Origin: Callorhinchus milii
Lineage: Eukaryota
Direction of reading: 5' to 3'
Length of the DNA stretch: 64,000 nucleotides
Assembly (NCBI RefSeq): GCF_018977255.1
Contig: NW_024704742.1
Location: 22,260,001-22,324,000, forward strand
The translations under genes were made by a program, and so were the position numbers. Under the pieces are notes generated by a model that ran no database searches, was not told where the DNA came from, and saw only the letters and a list, made by a program, of their open reading frames with translations. The stretch's first letter is position 1. Every line of letters starts with the position of its first letter. Positions 50,091-62,004 of the stretch are shown in pieces.

Positions 50091-51369
50091 CTGTTAGGAA
50101 ATTTTACAAAAAGGAAAAAGTCAGATAGGTTTTTAGAATGGCAAAAGATTTTTCTGATACTTGTGGAATAAGATCAGTCAGTGTAAATGGATGCTTCTTA
50201 ATGCATAGACTCCAGGGTAACACAGAGGTTATAGCAAAGACCTTGTTTGATTGCATGAGAAACAAAAACAGAACAGTAACCTTTATGTGTTGGGAATTCA
50301 TCTCAAGCTGAAAACATGGAAGTGAAGAGATATTACTGGAATCTGTAACTCTAGACTGGGTACAAAATATGTACATGAAGTCAACAGAGAAACGTGAATT
50401 TATGCAAGGTTTTTCAACTGAATCAAATAAACGGAGCAGGATAATGTTTTCACATATCTGGTCTCTATTACTGAAACTAAAACACAGAGATCAGGCAATG
50501 TTTGCTGTTATCAGACATGTGTTTGCTTTTGGTTCTCAATAAATCCAAACGTAACCTTCAACCACGTGCTACATAAAAATGTTTTAAAAACAATATATCG
50601 TTCATAGTTATTCTAAAGCTAATCCTAGCTAATAATTCTCCTTCCTAGCTGCACAATAATTCACTAACATTTTCTATGAATCATGAAAGTATTATTTTGC
50701 AGAGATCATACCACAATCATGGCCTTACAAAAGTCATTTTAGAACTGCTTTTAACTCTTGTTTGATTAATTTTCAATTTTATGGAAAAACCTAAACATTT
50801 TAATGTACCTTACGTTTCTCTGTCCTTATAGGAAAGGTAAACACTATAGTAAAGAAGGCATCAGATTACTGCCAGTCAAGTGGCACTGCAGTGCATGCTA
50901 AATGCACTTCTACTCCATCACACAAGGAGTACCTTGGAGAATGCTTAAAGGAGCAGGTGCCTGTAGGGGAAAGTGCTACTGACAAGATCATTGTCAATGT
51001 CATTGCCAAAAAAAATAAACCCTTAACCCCTTATGTCTCACTGGTTACGCTCATTAATTAAGCTCTACCTGTGAGGAGGAATCTTTAAGTGAAAGGTTGC
51101 TATGTAGCCCCAAGCAAGCTGACATTTTGCAAGAGAGAGATGTGCTCAGCTGACAGCAACCAATGGTGCTAGCAGTAAGCCTGTTCACCAGGCAAAATGG
51201 AGATCAACACAATTATGGACCCCTTCTGGAAGGAGAGCGACAATTGCCCCACTCCCTCCACCCCGAGCTACATTTATACTCTTGTGAGGAAGGAGGCTTT
51301 GTTTTCAGCAATAGAGTAACATGGAATAGAAGTCTGGTTCATACTTCCCAATCCACAGGGTTTAAGCAC

Positions 51370-53470
51370 CTCCCAAACTGCCTCATACTCCCGTAAATCC
51401 CCCTGGGACACCAGCCATCTCCGTTCTCTCAAGCACAAGTGCGAGCTGCCAAACGAGCCTGGACCAATTCCAAACTAACTGTCCATCGGCAGATCTGGCT
51501 TCACCACACCAAGATCTACTGCTGCGCTCCTGCCTCCTCCAAATCCTCCTTCTACTCCAAGGTTATCTTGGAGGCAAAGGACAACTCCTGGCTTCTCTTT
51601 TCTACCACAAACTGTCTCCTCCGTCCACCTTGCCACGCCTCGCCCATCCTCTCCTCAAACTCCAACTGTGAGGAGATGCTGGATTTCCTCGAAACCAAAA
51701 TCGAGGGGATACATTCAGCCACCTCAGCCTCGTCCACAGCCACCCCACATCACCTCTCCCTCATGACCCACCCCCTACCCATCCCCCCTATAATCCTTCG
51801 ACCCTATCTCTCCCTCCTCCCTCTCCACGATTGTTCGCAAACTCAAACCCACCACCTGCTCCCTCGATCCCATCCCCACCTCTCTCCTCATCTTCCAGCT
51901 CCACCTTCTGGCCCCTCTCCTGTCCGATGTCATCAACCTCTCCTTATCAACCGGTTCAGTTCCAACCCCTCTAAAAATAGCCGTCATCACCCCCATCCTG
52001 AAAAAACTTTCCCTGGACCCATCCCTCCTCTCCAGCTACTGCCCCATCTCTAAGCTCCCATTCCTCTCCAAGATCATGGAACGAGTCGTCGAGTCCCAGC
52101 TCCGCTCCTTTTTCTCTCGCCATTCCCTCCAATCCGGCTTCCGGGCTGCCCACAGCACAGAAACAGCCCTGGTCAAAGTCACTAATGACATTCTGAACAT
52201 CTGTGATCAGGGCTCCCTCTGCCTCCTTGTCCTCCTCGACCTCTCTGCCACCTTCGACATTGTCGACCACTCCATCCTCATACACCGCCTCTCCTCTTTA
52301 CTTAATCTTCGCGGACCTGCCCTTACCTGGTTCGATTCCTATCTCTCTCACCATCTCCACTTTTTTGCCTCAAACGGTTTTTCCTCCAGCCCTCGCACTG
52401 TCATGTCTGGCGTCTCCCAGGCTCTGTCCTTGGCCCTCTCCTCTTTAATATCTACATGCTCCCCCTTGGTGACGTTATCCGCAGACATGGGGTCAACTCC
52501 CATATGCATCAGGATGACACCCAACTATCTTTCTGCTTCCACCCTCAACTCCAGGACCACTGCTGTCCTGACAGACTGCCTGTCGAACATTAAGTCCTGG
52601 ATGAGGGCAAACTTCCTACAGTTGAATGTGAACAAGACTGAGGCCCTCCTGATTGACTCGCGCCAGCGCCTCTGCACCTCAGCCTCTGGCAGCATTGACC
52701 TCCATGGTTGCACACTTCAACTCACCGCCAGTCAGGGACCTAGGTGTCTTGTTCGACCCTCAACTGGCTTTTCTTCCCCATATCCAAGCCATGACCCCTC
52801 TGCCTTCCCTCACCTCCGTAACATCGCCCGACTCTGCCGCTACCTCACCCCTCAGGCCACTGAAACTCTTGTTCATGTCTTCATCACCTCCAGGCTCAAC
52901 TATGCAAACTCCCTGCTTGTCGGCCTTCCCAACTCCTCCCTCCACAGGCTGCAGATAATCCAAAACTCTGCAGCCTGTGACCTCTCCCGCACCAAACTCT
53001 GTGACCCCATCTCCCCCACTCTCGCCCGACTCCATTGGCTCCCTATCCATCAGAGGATCCAGTTCAAGATCCTGGTCCTCACCTACAAAGTCCTCAAAGG
53101 TCTCACCCCCTCTACCTCTGTGACCTCCTAACCCCCTACCAACCCGCCCGCTCCCTCCGCTCAGCCGGCTCCGGCCTGCTCCACGTCCCCCGACCACCTG
53201 CCCCACCAATGGCAAGAGAGCCTTCAGCCACTCTGCCCCAAACCTCTGGAACTCCATTCCCCAATCACTCTGACTCACCCCCTCCTTAGCCTCCTTTAAG
53301 TCCCGCCTCAAACCCTCCTCTTCGACCATGCCATTGGTCACCCCCCTTCCTCTACCCTCCCTTCTCCCCCATGACCCCAGCTTGGGTCTGAAATGCTGTA
53401 CATTGTCCAGCGCCCTGGGATGTCCTCCCGACGTGAAAGGCGCTATACAAATGTAATCTTGTTGTTGTTG
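51370..53470 (+). mobile_element. 5'-truncated L2-clade LINE (~2.1 kb) with frameshifted ORF2 (reverse transcriptase) and an intact 3' stem-loop/(TTG)n tail
   Basis: RT motifs LQSGFRAAHSTETALVKVTNDI, LLVLLDLSATFDIVDH, WMRANFLQLNVNKTE, FITSRLNYANSLL and LHWLPIHQRIQFKIL. The YADD motif is mutated to HQDD. Confidence 0.95.
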
Positions 53471-54459
53471 TATCTAGCTCTTCTCTCAACTGCCAGGAAC
53501 AGTGGGGATGGGGCGAGCGGGGGGGAGAGTTTGAAAGGCAGCATAATATCTTTAGCTACTAATGGTTTATGGGCAAACAGGTGAACTGAAATCATCTATT
53601 TATTGCAAAGTCAAAGATGTTTTTTTGATCACCGATCCCATGCTGTGGTCCAGATTCGGTCATATCTTTCGTTTAATTAGTCCACAAGATTTTCCTTGTT
53701 TTGGTTAATTATTATGTACTATGTATATTACTGAAACATTTAAGAGAAAATGTTATCAAGGAATGCTCCAGAATATCAATTTAACTACAATCTACAATGG
53801 TCAACCATGACTGGTTAGATTCAATTGATGAAATTCCCGTGCTCCCAAAAGGACTGGACCAAAGCATTCCATGGAGAATTGCATTTGAATAGTTATTAAA
53901 GGGCAACATAAGTATAATTCCACTCCTCCACTGAGCATAAGATTTTGTTTTACTGATTTATTTTGTAGCTCCATCTCTTGCTTGTTGCCATAATCTTGCC
54001 TTATCAATAATGCCAATATTTGTACCAGATGCATATACCTTAATTACAACAGTTTGTGCTTAATGCTTTGAATTGTTACTTTCCAGCCTCTTTTCCTTAT
54101 TTGAATATCTTGTGTTCATTTTATTATATTTGGATCATTATTTCTTTCTTCCTTTTTGAGGACAGTAGCTCTTCTATGCTTTCTAACGTTTGGTTTGTCA
54201 CCTCCAAATTTAACTTAAATAACAAGTATTTAGGAGAGGAGAGAGATATTTTCTACTGACAGGAGAAAATCATTAGGGGTACTATCCACAAAGTATTCAT
54301 GTGACTGTATAAGTCTACATTTTGTGAATGGGCTGTAGGCCTGAAATTCAACCTAGTCTTCGCTAGTAAAGTAATTTTGTCGTAAATTTTAAAATAGCCC
54401 AAAACTGTAGAAAAATTCTTCAATTCAGTAATAATTTGGATGCTGAATTTGCACAAGTG

Positions 54460-54890
54460 GGTGACAGCCTGGCTCAGCTGTAGCACTCTTGCCTCTGAGT
54501 TGGAAGGTTGTGGATTCAAGCCTAAGTCAAGACTTTAACACTTCATGCTGATACTCCAATGTAGTAGTCGGGGAGTGCTGTCCTTTGGATAAGACATTAA
54601 ACCTGAGGTTGTCAGTTCAGGTGGATGTTAAAAATCCATGGCACTATTTGAAAAGATGAGAGTTTCTTCTGGGGCATTGTACTGTGAAACAATGGCCCAG
54701 GTAAAATTGGTCACTCACTTCATGGAAGTTTGTATTGCACTGTTATGCGCAAATTGGCTGCCACGTTTACCTACAAACTACACAGTCACTGCACTTTAAA
54801 TCCTATGAGGCTCTTTGAGATGTCCTTCTGACATGAAAGGTGCTATATAACATGCAAGGATTATGATTAATAATTATAATAATTATGAAA
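54460..54890 (+). mobile_element. Full-length Deu-domain SINE, diverged
   Basis: gacagcctggctcagctgtagcactcttgcctctgagt...gtgctgtcctttggat...gttcaggtggatgttaaaaatccatggcactattt...gaaaggtgctatataacatgcaagga. Confidence 0.85.
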
Positions 54891-55189
54891 AGGAACCAAT
54901 TTTCAAGTTAATACTGGATTGAATATCTGTCTAATGTCCTCAAATCTTTGCTCTGCCTCTCTCCTCCTTGGGATGACAGAAATATTGTGGTTGCATATGG
55001 AAGTGAGCAAATGAGGAAGAATCCAGATTTCCCTATGCCCTGAGTAAAAAAAACAAACTACTCGAACTAAGTTGTTAGTTTCACTTTTAACAAACCACAA
55101 AAGTCATACTGATTGATGGTGGACACTTGGGCAATGTAAACACAGCTTTACCCCAAATCAAACCTAGAGACCTAAGCAGCTGTTGAGTT

Positions 55190-55505
55190 TAAAACAACAA
55201 CTTGCATTTATATAGCGCCCTTCACGTGGGGTCGCGTCCAGGAGTGCTTGATAGTGGTAGAGTCTGACACTGAGCCAGGAGAAGAAGGAGGGGGAGGTGA
55301 CCATACGTACGATCAAAACGGAAGGTCTTTAGACGGAAATTGAAAGTGGGGAGGGAGGAGGCAAGGCGGAATGATTGAGGGAGAGAGTTCCAGAGTTTGG
55401 GGCGCAGTGGCTGAAGACACGGCCACCGATGGTGGAGCAGAGGGGAAGAGGAGCAAACAAGAGGCCGGTGCCAGCTGAGCGGAGGCAGCGGGGGTGGAGT
55501 GGGGG
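55190..55505 (-). mobile_element. L2 LINE 3' fragment, minus strand
   Basis: aacaacaacttgcatttatatagcgccc...gagttccagagtttggggcgcagtggctgaaga. Confidence 0.8.
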
Positions 55506-55761
55506 GTAAAACTGTATCAAAGTAGTAGTAAAAGTTCTATTCAGCACTGCAACCTTTTACCTTGATTGTCCATTGACCATGAGATGACTGAGAATAGTTC
55601 AGCTCAATCAGTTTATCTCAGTTAGTAGCACATGTGGGTTGAGAGGGAAATGGAGGAAAAGGGGTGAGGAGAGAAAGTAGAAAATCAGAAATCACAAGCT
55701 TTGATAAAGCTATTAATGGAAAAGTGTTTTGAAAATTACTGTGACTATAACCAAGCTTGTG

Positions 55762-56090
55762 GAGTCCTGTAGCTCAGTGGTTAGAGCACTCGCTTTGCAA
55801 GCGAGTGACCTGAGTTCAATTCCAGGCAGGGCGAAACCTTGGGCAAGTTTCCTTACTCCACACAGAGCCTAATAATAATCCCTCCAAAAACCCCCAAAAA
55901 ACAATAATAAAATTGGTCATTTTCAATCTACGACTGTTTGTGGGACATTGCTGTGTGCAATTGGCTGCCGCGTTCGCCCACAAATATACAGTCAATTCAC
56001 TTTACAGTGTGTTCTGTGAAGCGCTTTGGGACGTCCTCCCGACGTGAAAAGCGCTATATCAATGCAAGGATTATTATTATTATTATAATA
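55762..56090 (+). mobile_element. Young full-length tRNA(Ala-TGC-like)-headed SINE
   Basis: A box TAGCTCAGTGG, anticodon-like stem-loop ctcgc-tttgcaa-gcgag, B box GAGTTCAATTCC, L2-type 3' stem-loop, (TAT)n tail. Confidence 0.93.
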
Positions 56091-56483
56091 AATCAGATAA
56101 ATAACAAATACAATGAACAGAACAGTATCAGATAAAGGATGGGAAATAAAAACAAAAAAATCGGTTTGAAAAAAAAAAACTTCAAATCAATAAATCTAAG
56201 CTTACATCTCAATTAGCAAAACATTATTTTTTCACTAAAACAACTCCAGGCAAAATAATATCAGAGTGTAAACTGGGTTAGTGAAAAAGAAAGATGAACA
56301 TATATGGTAAAGTCAGAGTTAAAATGAAATTTCTAAAAAAAAAATTCAATAGGGCAGAAATGTTCCTGCACTCCTGAAGGTTAAAATGTAAAAATATCCT
56401 TGGGTTTCACCAAATAAGGATCAAATGGGCATTTTCCTTATTTCAACAGGCACTCCACTGACAAAGTATAAATTGACACTTAC

Positions 56484-56607
56484 CAGGGTATTATAAATGA
56501 CCCCAAGGGATTTGCATGCATCCACTAGGCTCCGTTTCTCACTGAGTCTCTTTGCCACCTCCACAAACATTTCAAGATAACGAATGGCTTCATTGATATT
56601 TCCCACG
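56484..56607 (-). CDS. TTC29: TTC29 internal coding exon (124 nt): (S)VGNINEAIRYLEMFVEVAKRLSEKRSLVDACKSLGVIYNTL
   Basis: Acceptor ttttgctctttgtatcctatag|C and donor CTG|gtaagt. TPR-type helix resembling human QGEMTEAIKYLKKFVKIARNN...LGDIYNEK. Lies within ORF 56421..56732. Confidence 0.92.
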
Positions 56608-59088
56608 CTATAGGATACAAAGAGCAAAACTTTTGGCTTAATATGAATCTGGTGGATAAAACCAAGCCAAATATTATAAAATCGATCAAAACCTACATGT
56701 TGGTTTGCATTGTTCAAGTTTGGGTAAAACATATGTAACTTACAGCTTTACACATTCTGTACTTTGCATTCTGTACTTTACTATTGTCTATTGCACATGA
56801 ATGATCTGTTTTTAAAAATAGTAATTTTTACTCAGTGAGAATTAACTTACTCTGAACTCCAAAATAGCAATCTTTTCACTTTATCTTTAAAATGGGACAT
56901 TATTTTAACAATCAACTGGTTGGACTGTTTGTCAACAGTAAACATAATGATGACAACCCATATGTGTGAAAGTAGCAACTCAAAAATGCAAATAGCTTAT
57001 TACTGAAAATTCAATTCCTCTCCTAAAGCAATACAGCAATGAGTCAGATTTGAGATCTAAGGTCACGTTTTATCATTCTTGATATGTATTGGTATTGTGT
57101 ACATACCAATATATAATATTTGCATACCTGTATTTCTAGACATTTGTGTTAGTGACCAACTTTGATGTAATTAATAACTGGCAACAGGTTAATATGGAAA
57201 GGATCTACATACACAGTAAAGCTATTTATGAAGATCACTTTTAGTTACCATGGTTAGCTGACAAACAATTTGTTAAAAGAAGTCAAAAGTACATTGGTAC
57301 AAGCTGAAGTACAATACATCTTGAGTGGACATTTTTCCAGTAATGGCTTATACAACGGGAATGGCTCTAGTCAGCTGGTTGTCACAGTGGCATGAAATTA
57401 CTACACAGGTTTGGTGCCAGTATTGAGAGGACATTTTGATTCCCTTGGAGACTGTAGAGCTGTACTCTCCAAATGAAAGAAAGAATGCAGCTCTGAACGC
57501 CCCATGGCCTTGGTCTGAAGACCATAGTTGTAAAATATAAGGTTGTGCGGAATTTGGGAAAACATTTGTAAATTCAGTCTTAATTTGAAAGCCTGGTTTC
57601 CTCAGTTTTTTTATTGGAATCATATGGGAAATCGGTTTCTAAACTAAGGCTGAATTTTAGATAGTTTTCCAAAACTCCACGCAATCCTAAATTTTAAGAC
57701 ACATGTCTTTATGTCTAAGAACAAGAAAATTTCAGGCCCACAGTGGGGAAACAGTGAAATATCCATTTTACAAACCCCTGTTGAGTAAGAACTTTTTACA
57801 ATCGGAGAAGGAAAACTATTTTCTTTTCTCACTCATGGAATAAACTGAGCAATGCAATGATTATCGCAATGCACCCTCTATAAAAGATATACAAATTTAC
57901 ATCGCAATGTTAATGCATTGATCGTCAGCTGACACAGTTCAACTTCTTCATGCAAACTCCTGTGTGCCTTGCAGCAAAGCTTGAAACTATGATTCTTATG
58001 GAGCTAAGGCTGTGTAGCAAGAAGAAACATGTTATTCATTTGCTTTGACAAATCGTTACAGGATGACCTTAAAGAGTTAACTTATTTTCTGAGAAAACAG
58101 GTTTCCTTAGTCTCAAGGATGAGAGGATATGGCACAGACTATTTGTATATCAAGGTGAATCCAATTTCCAACTGGGGAAACAGGACTCTTAACACTCTCA
58201 TCCCCTGACAACTGTCCAATTATGTACATCACACACAGCCTACTGTTTGCAGTAGAAGTAATCAATAAAGGATGTGGTTGAGTGAACATAGATTTTGGCT
58301 GAACCAATGCATGAAAACTTAATCATTTGTTCAGTGTGGAGAAATCAAATATAGTAGAGATGAAAACAGCCACTCAGGGGGGTTGCCAATTGTGCCACCA
58401 AGTTTGAGGACCACAGCTTTTAGCAATAAGAAATGGGACTGGTGACAGGTGGAAATTTAATCGGCTTCCTTCATTTCATGAATTAATGTAAACACTTTCA
58501 ATTTAATTTTTCTTCTATGGTCATTTCCAAAATTTCATCTCGGAAAGAACCCGTTTCATTTAATAAATTGTGGTGCTTACTGGACTGTTGAATTGGATTT
58601 AATGTAAATGCAGCATGTATAATGTTTGAGTTGTAACATTACAGAAACATCTGTAACTAAAAAAATGCTTCCAGTGGGAAAACACTTAATCATCTCAGAT
58701 TGACCCCAACAATTCTGGTAATGGAAAACAAATTAGTTTCTCAGAAGTATTTTTAATACAATACGTGCATTTCAAAACTAAAATCAACGTTTAAAATCCT
58801 CAAGTTCAATAGCATTTAGATATATGTCTAAAACACAAAAAATGTATAGGGTTGAGGCTGAACATAAGTTAAACCTTTGCTATAACAAAATATCTCAACA
58901 TTTCCTTCAACCCCTTACACTGTCTCTGAGTTGTGTCTGGAAAATAACTGGATAACTTTCATGAAAGGGTCATTCAAGAAGGGCATTGCTTCAAATTTAA
59001 GTACTCTGTAAATGCTTAGCAACAGACCGCTAACAATTTAGTGTTTCACAGTTGAACGAATTTCGACTGACAAGGATGTGCAACCTAC

Positions 59089-59180
59089 CTTACCAAGGCC
59101 TTAGACATAGCTTCGTAGGCTTTGCTCAAGCCAAAATCATCATTCAGGAGTTCGGATACTTTCAAATACATTTGTAGATA
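59089..59180 (-). CDS. TTC29: TTC29 internal coding exon (92 nt, phase 0 to phase 2): YLQMYLKVSELLNDDFGLSKAYEAMSKALV(S)
   Basis: Minus-strand acceptor tttctttttctcttattcag|TAT and donor GTAAG|gtaggt. The peptide resembles the recalled human TTC29 segment LDTYCKISTDLDDDLSLGRGYEAIAKVLQS. Phase 2 matches the next exon (AG+C = Ser). Confidence 0.9.
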
Positions 59181-59508
59181 CTGAATAAGAGAAAAAGAAA
59201 CCAAAATTGTTTTTGAAAAAAGGAGAGAGACAGCCAGTGTAATCAATTATTTCTGAACACATTCTATTTTTCACCTGGCTAATGTTTGTAACGTTATCTG
59301 TATAAATAGGAATTTCACAAAGAAACTATTTTATTTTGAAGTCTCTGATATTAATCAATTGAATTATTATTGGTGAAGGCAATAGTTACATTTCATATAT
59401 TGTTCATATACTATATTATTATATTAATTATGTTAAATATTTTTCATCCAATAGATTCAATAACTCTAACTTTGAGGATTGAAGTTAATTGCCAACTAAA
59501 GGCAAGAC

Positions 59509-59834
59509 AATAATAATAATAATAATCCTTGCATTTGATATAACGCTTTTCACGTCGGGAGGACGTCCCAAAGCACTTCACAGAACACACTGTAAAGTGA
59601 ATTGACTGTATATTTGTGGGCGAACACAGCAGCCAATTGCGCACAGCAATGTCCCACAAACAGTCATATGGATTGAAAATGACCAATTTATTATTGTTTT
59701 GTTTTTTTGGAGGGACTATTATTAGGCGTGTGGAGTAAGGAAACTTGCCCAAGGTTTCGCCCTGACCTGCCTGGAATTGAACTCAGGTCTCTCGCTTGCA
59801 AAGCGAGTGCTCTAACCACTGAGCTACAGGACTC
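59509..59834 (-). mobile_element. Young full-length tRNA-headed SINE, inverted near-copy of 55762-56090
   Basis: The reverse complement is nearly identical to the 55762 copy, including the variants ggtcattttcaatc and gtgtgttctg. Confidence 0.93.
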
Positions 59835-61462
59835 TACGAACAAGCTAGTCAAGTGGTCTGTGCAAGACTAATGTATTATCAATCATATATGCGAGAGTAG
59901 AGAAAGAAAAAATGGGATCACTGGAGCTCAACAGAGGAAACTGTTGAATTCAACTGGAACAGATGCTGAGTCCAGAGTAAATGGTGACTGCAGTGAGAAG
60001 CAAGCCTTGGGGTTGAGCACAAGCAGGAAGTTGAGGGAGTAGATAAATACTCCACTGCTATACCTCACTCTGCTGTTAAATCATGCTGTGGACATAAGGG
60101 AATATGAAAGCTGATTCCACTGGAGACATCAGAGGAAGTGCTGAGTGTTACAGGGGCAACTGTCTCACATGCCAGGAAACTTTGTCGAATGAAAATTAAT
60201 AATGATCAATCAGATCATGACAAGTACAGAAACACCAAAGCACTTTGAGATGCAATTTTTTACCATGTGCCAAACTCAGATTCTTGTCAGAGGTTTACAA
60301 GGGAGAGAATGGCCACAAACAGCTGAATACTCCAATGTCAGGATTAATATGATAATTAATGAAAAGAAATGGTGGGATTGTCTGCTATAAATGCAAGAAC
60401 ATTCTCTTGTTTTTGATTTAAACAAGCACTAGAAATTAATTAAGATTGGCACAAGTGAACGGTGTATAAATTCAGTTAGCCTATGGCAGACCTTACCCAA
60501 TAGATATTAGCTCGTTGGAAGTTGGAAATGAAAATTAAGAATGATATTCACACATTGTCTGGACAAATACTGTATCTTCCTTAAAAAGTCAATCACAAAG
60601 ACCAGGTGATTAGCTACAGATGGGGATGACATTTCATTCATTGGCTCAGCAAAAAAAAGTTGCAGCAGTAATTCTGAACTCTTAAGAAAGTCACACTCTT
60701 AATGTATCAGTTCCTCTTAAAAATCTATGGTAGGACCAGAATATATAAGGTCTGGCTTGGGCCCTAGTTTTGGCTCTTGGGAAAACTGCTGAAAACACAA
60801 ACACGCCATCATCTTTTATCAGTTATCAATCTAGATATTTTCTTTTTGTTTTCTGTACAATGAGAAAGGGTGGTGAATAAATAGCATATTTACCATCAGA
60901 ATCATAGTAGTTGTCTGGCTGCAGTGATTCTACTATGAGGCATAGTTATCTGTGGTAATAGAATGATTGTTAGGTATTCACTGTGGCCATTTAACCGTCA
61001 AATGTAACAATTCAATAATTTCTAAAAAGTAGTTTGCAAACTAACGAGCTGTAAATAATGGAATAAATGACAACAAGGGAGAATTCTTGGGCACCAGATT
61101 TTCAAATGGTAGGACTGAGCAGATGAGTTGCAATACTTTATTCCAGTTCTGTATATTCCTATGCAAACTACTGGACACAGGAGAGTCCAATATTGGTACG
61201 ACTGATCTTGTTCACCTTGTTTAAGATGTAGAAAGCTGGAATACCTTCAGATTATATACTTACCTGGCCTTGCCTTTGGTAGCACTTCCGTTTGACTTGC
61301 CTGACTCTTTTACCATAATTGGTGAAGCATTTAGATACAATGGGCACAATTAAAATGCGACACGTTCTGAATTCCTTTTAACAAACTAAAAAGACTTGAA
61401 GACAAAACAAAGAACATAAAGGGAAACCCCTTAGAGGTCTACAAATTAAGATGTTTTAAATC

Positions 61463-61540
61463 AACATTCTGTGAAGCGCTTTGGGACGTCTAGAAGACGT
61501 GAAAAGCACTATATCAAATGCAAGGATTATTATTATAACA
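61463..61540 (+). mobile_element. SINE 3' tail
   Basis: ctgtgaagcgctttgggacgtctagaagacgtgaaaagcactatatcaaatgcaaggattattatt. Confidence 0.85.
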
Positions 61541-61899
61541 AGAAAGGGAGTAATACAATACCTGCACTATTTAGAGGGAGANTTTGCAAGTGAAGATTAA
61601 CTGCCACATACAATATACTCTATGTAGTATTGTGTAACATTTTTCTCATTTACACATTAATTATTTTATTACATGCTGAGAAATGGCAGAAATTGGCAGC
61701 CTGTTGTTACTATTACATGATAATTACACTACAAACATTTACATGTGAGGAGGAAGTCTCAAAGCTGTATGTGATGTTTCAGAAAGTTCTGCCTGCCAGT
61801 TCCCAAACCGGTTGAGCAAAGTCCACCAGTACATATTTGATTAGGCGAGGTTATAGAGCTAGGTAGAGTAAAGATCAAATACATCACAAAACTTGAAAC

Positions 61900-61992
61900 A
61901 AAATTCTTTTCAAGGCAAGCGATCAGGCAGATAGGATCTCTATTTAACATTTCATCTGAAGGACTACACTTCCGACAATGCAGCAACCCCGC
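61900..61992 (-). mobile_element. Deu-domain SINE fragment abutting an L2
   Basis: caggcagataggatctc...tttaacatttcatctgaaggac...ccgacaatgcagca. Confidence 0.65.
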
Positions 61993-62004
61993 CCCCCCAT
62001 TACT

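Noticed and set aside
52076..53131. 351-aa ORF as a host gene or active reverse transcriptase
   Set aside because: It is frameshift-scrambled L2 ORF2; the catalytic YADD is mutated and out of this frame, and the element is 5'-truncated.
55762..55835. tRNA-Ala(TGC) gene
   Set aside because: It has A/B boxes and an anticodon-like loop but no proper acceptor stem, and it runs straight into a SINE body. It is a SINE head repeated several times in the window.
56608..56732. N-terminal part of ORF 56421..56732
   Set aside because: It lies upstream of the splice acceptor and is intronic.
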